A DNA stretch of 64,000 nucleotides, taken from the NCBI GenBank assembly GCA_022813865.1, contig JALDZX010000026.1:62001-126000 (forward strand), given 5' to 3'. The position numbers were made by a program, and so were the translations under genes. This DNA is from Xylographa opegraphella (Eukaryota). The notes under the pieces were generated by a model. It made no database searches and had not been told where the DNA came from. It saw only the letters and a program-made list of their open reading frames with translations. Below are positions 1-13,194 of this stretch, in pieces (the stretch's first letter is position 1; every line of letters begins with the position of its first letter).

Positions 1-236
1 AGCTTCATTTGCGAGTCTGTTTCATCCACGATAACTTTATGGGCCAGTCTATCCGAGCAGAGATGGGAATATAGACAGATCTTAAGCGTCCTCGAGACAG
101 ATGTAGCATAGAAGTCGCCCTCTTCCCACATTGAACCTTTCCTCTATGAGTAACAGCAATGCAGACCATTCCCGTGGGTATATCATGTCATGCCATCATA
201 AATCATGCTGCCCAGCAAGCACTATGCCCATGTCCA

Positions 237-1870
237 TCAACCAGCATTCCTTCTCGTCCCTCCCCCAACGCCTGCCACGTTACTCGCATGCGCCAGCAGG
301 AACTTACAACACGTCAAGGTGTACTTGCACGCATGCGTCCAGGCCTCGTCCTGACTGATGCCAAGCTTGATGCTGACACCATGGATCTTGTCCTTGTCGA
401 TCTTGTAGGGGAGTTTCAGACCCCCAGCCTGCTGTCCCCGTGCCGTTTGGCTTTCACCATTCTCGACGAAGTCACCCAGCTGACGAAGACATTCGAGGAA
501 AGCAACCATCGCATCATTGAAACGTCGGTGGAGGATCGTACGGCCAAGCGGCAAATCACCGGATGAATAAAGCTCGAGCGCAGTGATCTTGGGTTGCTGT
601 GTCCGTGGGGAGGTATTTGGGAAGGGTCCGGATGGTATTCTCGTACTCGTAGTGGAGCCGGCGACTGAATTTGTGTTTGGGTACTCAATCCGCTCGATGT
701 ACGAGGAGCTACCCATGGGTTTGATTCTGTACCCGCGAAATTGAAATCCTAGTCTATCAGCCACAGTCGCAAGCAACAAAGCTGTGGTACCCCAAGCAGC
801 GTTGATTTCTGCCCACTCGATATTGTTTGGAGGTGCAAGTCTGCCAAGTCGAAGGCCATTGATGGTGCCGAAGTTGCCATCATGACCAATACAAAAGGTG
901 TCGTTGTAAACATTTGTCCGCTGTAATCTCTCCAGCTGTTGTGAATCATGGAGGTAAGCAGCCTGCAGAGCATCGCTAGTATCCCGTAATGTGGACAGCC
1001 TTAGTGCAAAGGCGTTTCGCGATCTCCAAAACTCTTCCTCCTCACGGTCTAAAGCCCGAGACTCTGCTTCCAGCTCGGCTACTTCATCCGATAGTATGTC
1101 CCTCTCTTCCTCAAGAGCCTTGAGCTCGATTAATGCCTTCTCTTGCTTTTCGTTCACGATTATGAGCTCAGCTTCAGCCTTGGCGACCTCGCTCTCGGAC
1201 GGGATGCTATTTTTTAGTTCTTTGAGGAAAGCGGTATACGCATCGCGCTCCTTGATTGAAGCAGCAAGCCTGGCTTCCATAGAGGCGAGTAAAATCTCCG
1301 TACATTCGGCACATATTGGATGATCTATGTCTGATCTGGAGGAAAGAATCTCGAAGAGTCGCGAGGCAGAATCAATACCATTAGAGAGAGACTGATGTGG
1401 GACCTCGGACAAGGCGCTCGACATCGAAGCTGGCTGCTTCACTGGTGCCTTAACAGAACTGTTCTTCCTGTTACTGGCTATTGCTGGAGGCGGGTGGACT
1501 TGAGACTCTGTAAGCATGACGAACGACATCGCTGGATTGTCTACAGCAGATGTGCGACCCGGTGTATCGGAGTTATGTACTGCTGTGCTCTGGCGAAGAT
1601 CTGAAGCTGTTCCCTTGAAAAGAGGTGGTGCTGCATTCTGCAGCGCTTTCTGAAGCTTCTCATTTCTCTCACTGGGATAGAGTGGCCTAGAGAGTGCTGT
1701 AGATTTCCGATGAGGTTGTGTGCTTGAGCCTAGGAAATGTTAGCTTACACCTGTGGTTTCCATAGATGCTTCGATTATCACAAACCCACTAGTAAATCGA
1801 AGGCAGCAGGATTCAGGTCTTGAAGAGATGGATCTAGTCTTAGCGGTACACGGCACCTTTGGCAGTTCAT
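237..1870 (-). CDS. ATG6: Beclin-1/Atg6 (Vps30) PI3K complex subunit
   Basis: N-terminal MNCQRCRVPL..DPSL..LNPAAFDLL exon starts at 1870, followed by one short intron. The rest contains IDHPICAEC, a coiled coil and the BARA motifs GTINGLRLGRL, WAEINAAWG and WTHACKYTL. Confidence 0.95.
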
Positions 1871-2249
1871 TGCGAGCATTGCTTACAATGTGGAATGAAC
1901 GAAGATAACTACTAAACTACGCTATTCCGATGATGCTCAGCAGCATTCTGCTGAGCCGAGCACGCGCCACGCTAAGACCGAAGCCCTACTACCCTACGCG
2001 CCTCGCGCTATCCTCTTACGCGATTTCTACTTCAACTTATCCTCCATATCATATTCTAAGTATACCTTGAGAGTCGCTTTAGTTCTGCTTGCAATTTAAG
2101 GATAGTATGTTTGAGAGTCTTTATATATTCTGAAACAGAACACAAAGCCATCACTGCATACATTATTCATCATCTAAGGTTAAGCGTTCTTCCACTTCAA
2201 TATACTGTCACTTGGTCTCGAGTACTGTACAACAATTGAGATTGTGACT

Positions 2250-4715
2250 ATGGAGCCTCCTCTAAAACGACCGCGGCTTGACAATCCGCACGAGATATTG
2301 CTGCAGAAAAGAGCTCGCAATGATCTCCGTCTTAAATCTCGTTTCGAGTCGATCTTCGAAAAATTTGGCAAAGACTTCACAGGTGTAGGAGATGAAATCG
2401 ATTTTCAGACAGGACAGATCGTGGTAAATAATGGCCATTTGACCACAATGCAAGGTGAATTGGATGCCGAAGGCCTCGCCAACGAGGAAGACGAGCTTGC
2501 CACCGAGACCCCATCAGAGCTCGATCCGGGCAAACAGTCCAGGCGTAACGGAGCCATGTTCACAAAGTCCCAGGAGGCCGAGGACAATAGTGCAGAAACT
2601 GTACTGGAAGGCCCTTATGGACCGGAGGTCGCTTGCATAGGCTCAAGCATTGCAGCTGCCATCAAAATGGAAGACGGGTCTTCATACGATAGCACTGTTC
2701 ACGGTGAGCTTTTGATCGCTAGAAATATCCTTAGCCAGCTATCCTGTTTGGGTCCCCACATTCGTAAGTCCATAGCAAACGTTCAGCAATCAGCAAACAC
2801 TTCGAAGGTGGTATCAATTGAGACGGATGACTTGACTGTGGACCCCGTCTGGCGGGTTCCTGTTCTTGTTCGCCCACAATTCGGCATGCCATCGGAGGAG
2901 CCACCTCAAAAGCAAAGTTCTATTCCTGAAGAAGCTCGACCTGTTTCTCCGGCAAGGTCACCATCGCCCGCGGGACATTCCTTATGGTCGCTAGATATGC
3001 CAGTAAACCGTTCATCTCCCTATGAGATTGCAGGAGCAAGAGAATCCAAGAACAATCATAATTTCCTGCGCAAAGGACGTCGGATGCCAAGGTTGTTAGA
3101 TAAAGAGGAACCAATGCTACGAACGCTTGGAACCGCAACGAATTCGACATACCAAGAACCAAAGACTCATTTCTCTGACATGGCTGGAAAGGGCCAGGAG
3201 CAGAGGAGGCAGAGTGTGGAGGTGAGCGCTAGTGAGGATTCTCAATTTTCCTCTGCCAAGTCAAGCTCTCGATTTGCAAGTCTACCCAAAAATGGAGAGC
3301 CAGAAATATCAACGCCGATCATTGGGACCATCAGTACTACCGTTGATATACCGACCTCTCCAGCCAAGATTATTAGCGCTGAGATGACAGCTTGCCAACC
3401 CTTATCCAGTCACAAAAGCCAAGGTAAAAGACAGGGACGGCAAAGGCGTGCTGAGCACGCTCGTACAGCCTATCAGAAGCTCAGTGAGTAGTGCTATGTC
3501 CTCCTCTCCATATCCCGCGTCTCACAACATGCAGGTTCGGAAGAGGCCATGAAACGAAGCGAAATACCAGAAGTTGACAAAAGCCAGGTCAATGAACTGC
3601 AGACTAGCAGCAAGGATGTTAAAATAGTGGAGAAGCGAATATCCCCTAGACTTACCAAGAAAGCGAAAACAGTCGAAAGCCGAAACTCTGCTATTTTTCA
3701 GGATTCTCCAACAGAAGTGAGCCTGACAAAGATCTCCATGGAACCAATGTCCAGCCGAAGTAACCGACGGACCAAACCATTCAAGGATATTTCACAGTTG
3801 CCAAAAGCACGTCGGTCACGGCGAACTCCAAGTTCTGTCACCGTTGATATTACCGCTTCAAAGGGTTCGAACGAACATCCATCTATGGTACTTGTCAAAA
3901 GCTCGTTAGCAGCCCTAGAGTGTGGAAACAGCCAACAGCTTTCTGATATCTGCGAGCCGTCGAATCCAGATAGTAACACGGATGAGAACAGTGAACTTAG
4001 CAGACAGTACACTTCGGAAATGAGTTCGAAGGGGGTATCCGTAGTCATCGTACGACAAGCCCATAGCATTGATCAACGCTCTGCAAAGATTGTGGAGGCC
4101 CAGTCACCAAAAGTGCCAACCCGCTCAACGCAGTTTGATGGACTTACTCATGTATTGAGACCTCGAACGCGTGAGAGACCTCGAAGTATTGTGACACAAT
4201 CTCAATTACACATTGGCTCAAAGCCTCTGTTTACAGATAGCCAAACCCAATCACAGCAACATTCTAACAATGTTCCTTTGCTCACAGAGCTTGACTGTAC
4301 TCCAGTCTCGGTTATAGCTCATTCACATGAACGTGAGAGCAGGACGTCCAACATGGAAAATTCACGAAAGGATCTGTCGACTTCACCAGATCTAGCTACG
4401 ACATCTACACCGCAGTATCGTGAAAACCTGAAAACCCTACCGTCATCAAAGCTCGTGCGAGAGTCCGTCAGTCGTAAGCCCCTACGCAAACCTGTTTCTG
4501 GCAAACGGAGGAACCAACCTGTATCGACCTCTGATAGTCCATCTTTGACCTCAGTACTTGGGGAGTTTAGTGATGACGAACTGGCGCACATTTGTGATAA
4601 AGGCAAGGTTCTGCTAACAACTGCATCTACCATGCCTTCGTTGTCCGCAAAAGCTCGTCGTTGTGGAATGCCTGGCTACAAGTGCCACCGTACGCTTTGC
4701 TTGATATGCAATTGA
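2250..4715 (+). CDS. Scm3 (CENP-A chaperone) domain protein with long low-complexity tail
   Basis: N-terminal RARNDLRLKSRFESIFEKFGKDFTGVGDEIDFQTGQIVVNNGHL matches the Scm3 domain. An intron at ~3485-3534 (gtgagt...cag) joins ORFs 2244-3491 and 3549-4715 in frame. Ends in a Cys cluster. Confidence 0.75.
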
Positions 4716-4887
4716 AGCCAGGCTTGACAGGTGCCCCGGATCTAATCGCAAGTAGGATAATACAAGTTCTTTATAAGATATTGCTCGTGTCTTCCATCAT
4801 CGAGCTAGGCACAAGGCGTGCGAGCATCTGCTCTACAGACTCAAAACGGCATTCCATACAATATTCACACACGAATACATTTTTGCG

Positions 4888-6693
4888 CTATGCCTTCCTT
4901 TCGACAACATCTTCAAGTTTCATGTCCATCTCTCCACCGATCTCCCCTGCTTTGGCCCAAAACTTCGAAAGGTGTCTTGTGCCCGAATCACAAAGAATCG
5001 TAACGATTCGATGGCTCGGGCCAATCTCTCTTGCAAGTTTCACAGCTGCCACGCCTTTGAGTTGTCAGCTGTCACATAAGGCTCGAATCCACGAAATCTA
5101 CTCACAATTGACAGCACTACTGCTGCCAATAAATATCCCATCCTTCTCTACCAACCATCTCGCCATTTGCATCGCCTCCGCATCACTTACCTTATACGCA
5201 TCATCGACCATTTCCCTGCCTTCTTCGAAATTTGCCGTCACACGATTAAGCCCAATTCCCTCTACAATCGTATCTACCTGCTGTCTTCGTCTCGTTCCCT
5301 CCCTCTCTTTTAAATCAAACATGACCCCATATTTCACCCGATTATACAGTCCGCTTCCCTCGGGATCTGCTAGCACGATTCTCACCTTCGGTAATTTGCT
5401 CTTCAAGAATTTGGCTACGCCGGTGATCGTGCCGCCGGTGCCTGCGCCGGCAACGAAAGCATCCAGATGACCTGAACATTGGGCATAAATCTCCGGGCCG
5501 GTGCCAGCGAAGTGCGCGATCCAGTTGGCGGGGGTCTCGAATTGGTCGGCGAAGAAGCCTCGGCCAGTGATGATGGGCGATGCCGTGTGTGCAGCGGCGA
5601 GAGAGCGAGCGCGATTGACGAAATGGGCTGGGTCAACGATCGGAGCGGGGGCAACGCGTTCGACGGTGGCGCCGAGGCGGAGGAGGAGAGAGGACTTCTC
5701 CGTGGATTGGTCAGAGGGCATGCATCTAGGCTGGAATCAGTTGTGACATCGACATATGTGTAGGGGCGGCGGAATCTCGGGAAGATGATTCGGAACCATC
5801 AGCATAAAAAGAGTCAGAGGGTCCACTTGGTGGAGTGACAATACTTACATGTGGGCCATATACCCCTTTGCTCTGCATAGAGTGGCAAGGGAAATGCCTG
5901 TGGAGCCCACTGTGCCTTCGTAGATTACATCGCCGGAGTTAGGTCTTAGGAGGCCTTGTTCTTCCGCCTATGTTCATCAGAGCACGCACGCCATGTGCAA
6001 CGTGACGGAGTTTACTGTGTTAATGACGTTTAACGCCACGCGGTCTTTAGGACTTTGGCCAGCACCGTTCAGAAACTGTCACGCATAATTTGTTAGATTA
6101 ATATGTACCCAAGTGATCATTCGTGCAGTGTAGCGCAATTACAACTGGAAGCGCACGTCCAGACCGATGTGCGGTCAGAATTTTCATGATGTACGACAAA
6201 GACTACTATAGTAAGAAGCAGGCATAACATATGAATAGCAGTATCAAAGAAAACAGCATATCAGAAATACCAAACAGCCACAAACGCAAACATAAAAAAA
6301 ACACACACAAACACCCACCTCCGCTTTCCCCAAAATCTCACACCCCGTCGCCTCCGACAAGCTCCTGATGCGAATCAGCGGCGTATTGCCAATCGTGCTC
6401 TCGATTCCATTCCCAATGCCATCTCCACGCGACCTAAACTCTTCCCCTCCCTCTCCATTCCCTTGGGCATCATCCTTGCTGGACTCGTTGCCGCCTATAC
6501 TGCTGCGAGTCCTGTCTTGGAGATCGACCACGTCCCCGGCACGGCTGGTGCTGGGCGCGGGGAGGGTGGCGGAGGGTCGCCAGCGGCGGCGAAAACGCCG
6601 CTCGAGGTCGGGGTAGAGGTCTTTGAAGCCGAGGGTAAGGAGGATGCCGGCGAGGAAGGCGAGGGTGGTGGGGAGGTGGAGGGGTGGGGGCAT
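4888..6693 (-). CDS. PLP-dependent cysteine synthase-like protein with N-terminal membrane anchor (MCY1/Cys12 type)
   Basis: Multi-exon. Motifs IGNTPLIRI, FLNGAGQSPKDRVA, GSTGIS, DQFE, GAGTGGT and GSSSAVN; last exon carries VTILCDSGTRHLSKFW. Confidence 0.92.
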
Positions 6694-6930
6694 GGTGTTG
6701 GAGAGGGGGGTGTGGAGCGGGGAGGGTTAGTGGTTGGGGTAGACTATTCACTCGGTAAGGTGTTTGGCGGTTGTGGTGGGCATGATTCATTGAGGGTTAG
6801 GTACAGGGTGTTTCTATTGTGATGGGACGCGGGAAAAGTGATTATTGCTTTCACATGGAGGATGCCACTAACTGAATTATGTACAAAACTGAGGTTGCGA
6901 GCAAACGATCGCACCGGCGGCATAAAAATA

Positions 6931-8379
6931 TCAACCATTACGACCTGGACCTTCGTCCCCACTGATACTTGGCTCACTTTCCCCACCTCCACCCTCATAC
7001 ACCATCCCAGTTAAGGCTTCCGTCTCTCCTCCTATCAATGGCGTTCGCTCATCGACACCTTTACTGTAATGGCTCCCCACACTGATGGCCGCAACTGATA
7101 GTCCATGAACCATGATTGAGCCGAGTACTATGAAGAAGATTACTGGACGGATGACCGCGATCGTACTTTCATGGGGTCCCCGTTTCGGAGGACTTGGTAA
7201 AGGCTGGGCAGTTCCCGTCTCTAACTGTGCGCGTGCTTCGATTGCTAGAAAAAGTGCTCCCACACCCATTGGTCCAAAATGCCCACAAAACAGTGCTTCG
7301 CGGTATGTCTTGATGTCCGGGATGAAGCGTTTCATAGCTAACACAATAGGCAATCTTCGAAATAGGAGTATGAGGAGCAGGAGGATCGTCAGTCTGCCAG
7401 GCGTCACATGTGGCGTGAATTCGCTCGGGTTGAACTGAGACCACGGAATTGTGGCTCCAAAGTAAACAAACATGGACGAGTTGAGGAGAAGGTCGATTAT
7501 GATGGGTAAGTGTGCATCTTCGGTCTGTTTCGCGAACCACCCATCCCATGCAAAGCCCGTTCCCGCACCAAAAGCAACGAGAAAGTCGTCCAAACCAAGC
7601 GTACTTCCAATTCCGACGGAGAAGATAGCCAGCAGAATGTAGAAGACCAAGAATGAAGGATCACCAATGTACCCATTGCCATACGAAAAACGCAAGACAC
7701 GATTGGCAACGAGCCCAATGATGGCCCCAACCACTAGACCAAGAACACACTGATACAGTATGGTTTCCAGTACCCATTCTTTGATACCCTCACCGGCTGA
7801 CGCAGATGTGAGAGCGTATATTCCAGCATACAGAAAAGGAAAGGAAACCCCGTCGTTGCACGCTGACTCGGCAGAAAGCATATTCTTCAGTCTTCCAGGA
7901 ACCCGGCTGGAGAACTGAGAATTAGAGAGTACGCTGGCAGCAAGTACCGGATCCGTCGGAGTCAAGCACGCGCTGACGATCAATGCCGTGGGAATGTCCG
8001 TTACCAGGAGTAAGTAGACGAAGAGAGCGACGATAAGCCAGCCAAACACCATGACGGGCCCAAGCATCATACCAACACTTTTCCAATGCCTTTTGAAGTA
8101 GGCCTTAGGCAGTTCCACCCCGACCGAAAATACTTGCACCCCCACGACGACTCGAGCCAATTCCTGTGTGATTGAATCCTCGAGGCCCCAGGCACGAGGA
8201 TCAATGAAGTCCAAGACATCGGGGCCGATTACGATGCCTAGAGCTGTAGCCAAGGGTGGCTCTGAAAGATGAAGCCTATTCCGAATGAACGTAGAGAAAA
8301 GTGCATACAGGATCAGGAAGGCGGACAGGACCAAATATGTCAGATGAGGCGGAGTGGCCTCGATCACACTCCATGCCAT
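6931..8379 (-). CDS. Na+(K+)/H+ antiporter, CPA1 (Nha1/Sod2-like)
   Basis: Single 482-aa ORF with many TM segments and motifs TPTDPVLA, SAESACNDG, GHFGPMGVGA and SIMVHG. Confidence 0.93.
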   Translation of the reverse strand: MAWSVIEATPPHLTYLVLSAFLILYALFSTFIRNRLHLSEPPLATALGIVIGPDVLDFIDPRAWGLEDSITQELARVVVGVQVFSVGVELPKAYFKRHWKSVGMMLGPVMVFGWLIVALFVYLLLVTDIPTALIVSACLTPTDPVLAASVLSNSQFSSRVPGRLKNMLSAESACNDGVSFPFLYAGIYALTSASAGEGIKEWVLETILYQCVLGLVVGAIIGLVANRVLRFSYGNGYIGDPSFLVFYILLAIFSVGIGSTLGLDDFLVAFGAGTGFAWDGWFAKQTEDAHLPIIIDLLLNSSMFVYFGATIPWSQFNPSEFTPHVTPGRLTILLLLILLFRRLPIVLAMKRFIPDIKTYREALFCGHFGPMGVGALFLAIEARAQLETGTAQPLPSPPKRGPHESTIAVIRPVIFFIVLGSIMVHGLSVAAISVGSHYSKGVDERTPLIGGETEALTGMVYEGGGGESEPSISGDEGPGRNG

Positions 8380-8556
8380 CTTGAAGACTGTAGCTGAGTG
8401 TGTGACCAGTTAGCTAGAGAGTGAGCAATTGACTGGCGAGAGATCCAGGAGCCTTCACACGCGCCATCAATCCTGCATATTCCGGTCCTCGTACTATTGT
8501 GGCACGTGGGCGATTTCTCGCTAGTTAGTGCATTGGTTAGCGTGCGGATAGTTCAA

Positions 8557-8581
8557 GGCGGCTGAGGGCGGCTGAGGGCGG
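8557..8581. repeat. Short tandem repeat (GGCGGCTGAG)x2.5 in a divergent promoter
   Basis: ggcggctgagggcggctgagggcgg lies between the antiporter and methyltransferase starts. Confidence 0.6.
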
Positions 8582-8694
8582 AAGTGGAGATTTAAGCTTA
8601 AATATGCTCGGACCACAGCTAAAGTAGATGGGAGCTCTTTGGCGAAATGCCCGCAGTCAGTATCAGATAAACCTGTTCTGACTCACGGCTTAGC

Positions 8695-10294
8695 ATGAAT
8701 AGCCCGTTGCTGAATCGGGTCTTCCAGAGGCTGTTCTCGCACGAAACATGCTCGAGGATCCGCTACCGGCGCCCGTTGGGTCTACATGAGCCAGGACGCC
8801 TATTACGGCCGTCTCGGCACGTATCAACTGCAAAAAGTCATGACGATGACTCCACACGTGAGAGCAATTGGCAGCAGCGGACAGATCTCTTCCCTCAAGA
8901 CAAATCCGCGGACTTTGAGAAGTATCCAATGGTCACTGCAGACATGTTGAGGTCACGTAAAGAGAGGCCGAAGAGGGTGAAGATGCTCACGCGAGACTTC
9001 ATCGAAGGTAAACGATCGCTGTGATGTTCCACAGTATGCGCTAACCTTCTGAACATAGACAGCCTTTATAATCCGAACTATGGTTACTTCTCAAAGCAAG
9101 TGGTCATATTCAGCCCTGGAGAACCTTTCGACTTCCACAGCATGCGTGACGAGCTGGAATTCAACCACTTACTGGGTAAGCGGTATACGGAATTCGAGGA
9201 TAAGCTTGACGCTATATCACCCAACGAGACTAGACAGCTTTGGCACACACCGACAGAGCTCTTTCGGCCATACTATGGGGAAGCAATCGCAAGGTATTTG
9301 GTAGAGAACTACAAACTGTCCCACCACCCCTATCACGATCTTATAATCTACGAGCTGGGCGCAGGAAACGGGACTCTGATGCTCAATATCTTGGATCATA
9401 TACGTGACATCTACCCGGATGTCTACGACCGAACCAAGTTCAAGGTAATTGAGATCTCGTCTGCATTGGCTGCAATGCAAACGTCTCAATTGTCTCGAAG
9501 TTCCTCAGCCCGAGGGCACTCTGACCACGTCGAAATCATTAATAAATCTATCTTTGATTGGGATACTTACATTCCTGAACAATGCTGGGTTCTTGCGCTT
9601 GAAGTCTTTGACAATTTCGCGCATGACAGCATTCGCTATGACCCTTTCACGGAGCGACCACTTCAAGGAAATGTCCTGATCGATAACAGTGGGGACTTCT
9701 ATGAGTTCTACACTCATGAGATTGACCCTGTCGCTTCCAGATTTCTCCGCGTACGAAGCATCGCTTGCTCACAACCTTTCGATCATCCTTTGAAAGGCTC
9801 CCGAATACTCAGAAACCTGAAAGCAAGATTACCATTTGCAGCCAATTTGACGGTGCCAGAGTATATACCTACCCGACTGATGCAATTTTTCGATATCCTA
9901 CATGAATACTTCCCACATCACCGGCTTCTTACCAGCGATTTCCACTCTCTACCCAACACTATCAAGGGTTATAACTCTCCGGTGGTGCAGACACGTTATC
10001 AACGGCGGGTAGTCCCTGTCAGCACGCCATTTGTAAGCATGGTCACAACACGAGGTCTTCTTGCTTGATACTAACTATAAGCAGGTTCAGCAAGGGTATT
10101 TCGATATCCTGTTCCCTACCAATTTCGAAGTCATTGAAGACATATACCGTGCTATGACTGGGAAGTTGACCAGAGTGTCCACTCATGAGAGCTTTCTAAA
10201 GCGATGGGCATATGTAGAAGACACGCAGACGAAAAGCGGGGAGAACCCGTTGTTGAGCTGGTACAAGAACGCCAGTGTCATGTCTACTGTCTGA
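8695..10294 (+). CDS. Mitochondrial SAM-dependent arginine methyltransferase, NDUFAF7/MidA (DUF185) family
   Basis: Presequence-like N-terminus, RDFIED-SLYNPNYGYF across an intron, IYELGAGNGTL, ALEVFDN and QGYFDILFPT. Two introns. Confidence 0.88.
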
Positions 10295-11206
10295 TAGGGC
10301 CGATGAATGATCTAAATTTTTGAAGCACTCGTTCTTGCATATCTTCCAATATCCACAACAGCTGCTACCGTGAGCAATCAATCGCAGCGCATATCTGATA
10401 TTCAAAAAGCAAACACTGAGACTCGTCACTCACAACCTGCCCTCTCCTAGCTCACTTTTGCACTGCTTTCATCCATGGCGTCGTTTTGCATCTCGTCAAC
10501 TTATCGTTGGCCGTAAACTGGAATGTCACAACATCAGGACTACGTTTCCTAAAACCCCAATTTGTGTCTACTACACCTCCTTGCTTTTCAGCGTATGCGA
10601 GCCATATCCCCGATTACACAGGAGGAGTGGCTGATCGACGTCCAAATTGCTCATTCAGTATGCCTTTGCCGGATCTTACCTGCAATCGTGAAAAGGCTAG
10701 CTTTCGACCAAACACCAGCTGCTTATGGCCCGAGCACAGCTCCCGAAAGATTTTTTTTAGCCCGGAGGCCGGAGGGAATATTTCTCGGGTCAATTATCGG
10801 GTATTTCTAGGGTGAAGGGCAGTCTACAGAAGACAATCGATCGTATTGTCGTGGAACGTGACAAGCACATGGATGCCTCGAAAGCGCTCCAATGCATAGC
10901 GATCTTTAGGCTGTAGGATAGCTCTGAGGCGGACGGAAAGGGGCGAAGTCGCATGAATAGGCAGATAGCAGATGAGAAATGCGGAAATGCATATTGATGG
11001 CGCGATTATCTTAAAAGTGGGCTTGCGCCACAATCTAAAGATTCTCAGCTACCATTCGTCTCATATGGTGGATCACCCAGCAGCTCGCGTGATATGCTCT
11101 ATGTTTGCATCAACCATGATACCCATAAATTGGAGCACCAAGCGTCTCCTCGGAATAACAGCAGATCCCTATCTGTCCCGACCGCAATCCGAACCCCCAA
11201 AACGGC

Positions 11207-12161
11207 TCAAGAGAACTGAATGCAATATTAGCCTATACCGGAATCACGTGAGCCAACGACTCACCTTCCACCGCTTGCCGCAGACAGTACACTCGCAAAA
11301 AGTTGTCATCGGCTCATCAGCACTTCGCGTCTGCGCCTGGCTGTAGCTAACCTTCCTCTGCCCACACTTCCCGCACGTCAAACTCGTACTGATACTCTTC
11401 TCCGCCATCGGCGCTTGAGCGGCCTTCATGTTTTCGCTCTGGATCTTCTTGTCTTCCTCTCTCCGCTCCGCACTCTTGAGCTCGTCATGCGACATCACCA
11501 CGAACTGCTCCGGCTTGATATCACCGTTCAATACACGCACACGAAGAGAAGGGTTCGATTTGTTCTTGAGGTTTTGGTAGAGCGAGCGGATTTTAGATTT
11601 GTATACTGGTTTATCTTCCGGACCGTGGATTTTGTAAGCGGCTGATTCGATGGAAATGGCGGTACTGAGGACGACGGTGGAGGAGATGTTGGAAAGATGA
11701 GCGAGGCCATCGTACATGAGCCCAATGCAATTGTCCCGCCCAGCCTGTCCAGTATGCGCTATGTCAACTTTGTCCGTCTTCCAGTTCCGTTGATCCGGTT
11801 GAACAGAAGACATTGACTTGGACTTGGACTTTGACTTGTCTTGACTTGGAGCTGGAGAGTCTGTGCCACTTCTAGCAGCGCCGTTTGCTTTTGCCCCATT
11901 AGGTATGCTAGGTTTGCTTTTTTGTATGTCATCCCTCCATTTCCTGACAATCTCACCGGCGAGCTTAGCGACTTCCGGGTTTTTATGTTGTTTTGATTTA
12001 TTGACTGTAACTCCTATTCTGGTAGAGCGTAGTATGTCTTCGTTGGCGGCCACCCCACTTTTCAGCTCATTGAGGATACCGATAATGACGCTAGGCGATT
12101 CGCCAGATGATGTCGCCTTCACCAGAGCCTTTGACTTCTCGTTTATAGCTTTTGTGTCCAT
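11207..12161 (-). CDS. DST1: Transcription elongation factor TFIIS
   Basis: Zn ribbon CGKCGQRKVSYSQAQTRSADEPMTTFCECTVCGKRWK. A terminal intron is followed by FS-stop. Start taken at MDTKAINEK. Confidence 0.96.
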
Positions 12162-13194
12162 GATTGTAGGAGTGGGAGATGAAGGCTGGTTATTTGTTGT
12201 ATGGGTCCGCTTGTTTGCTCGCCCTGATCGCTCAGATAGCAATTCCTTAGCCAAACATGGTGCTGATACAGGTGGTGCTTGGCTACCTGGGCGAATGTAC
12301 GTCTCTAGCTGTGTGGCTATAGGAGGTCAATGGATAGCTAGAAAACCTCAAGTTAGCTTTAGGTTAACTCAATAAACTGTAGCGTATACGAGTCAGAGGG
12401 CTCGAAATATAAACAGCTGAAGACTGGAAGCGCAGAGTTGTAGCAGCGACTGAGCATCCGGTGTTGTCAAAAGACTCGGCACGAGTATGACCGAGGGCTT
12501 CAGGTCGCAGTAGGCGTGCGTACTGATCGGTAACTGATATCCAGTGTATTCGCCGAAGGCGCCCTGACAGGCAAGCAAAGAAAGCTGTCTCGTCCTTCTA
12601 TGCGCATTGGCCACGGAGGAGAACCACTGTGAAGCACATGTCTGAACTTTGCACGGGATGAATCACCATCCATCAGACATAGAGTCTTATGGCCACTGGT
12701 TTGTGTTGTTGTTCCGGAAATGATCAAGTCGGTTCGAGGCATTCCACAAATTGATCCCAACGCCCGGATGCGGAGGGTACACAGTGATGCGCACCCAGTC
12801 ACGTAAAGCGGAGGCAAGAGAAGATCTTGACTTACACCTAGTATCGCCAGACCGAGCGAAGGTGGTCACAGTACTCTCTAGTCTGAGCAGTGCTTTTAAA
12901 GGTCCCTGTTTGTGATGTCGCGTGGTGACGGTTGTGTAAAGCATCACAGAGCCTCAAGGGAAGAAGCGCGCGGCTATCGATTAGATTGTTGAAGCTTGAA
13001 CAAGGTTCAATTGCCAACGGCTTTTGTGCAACAATAAGCACCGCAAATGGAGGCTCAAACTTCGTGAAAAGTTGCTGATTTAATCACGATTGCTATTTCA
13101 TCAGATATGATAATTCTAAAATGGGATATCTCCTTTCTGCAACGCCGTGCCAAACAACACCATGATAAACGTCGATCGCTTTCGAGAGAAAAGA

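Noticed and set aside
4661..5470. Long antisense or alternative-frame ORFs (also 27088-27888, 34304-35050, 43472-44194, 47610-48227)
   Set aside because: They are shadows of real genes on the other strand and carry no recognisable motifs.
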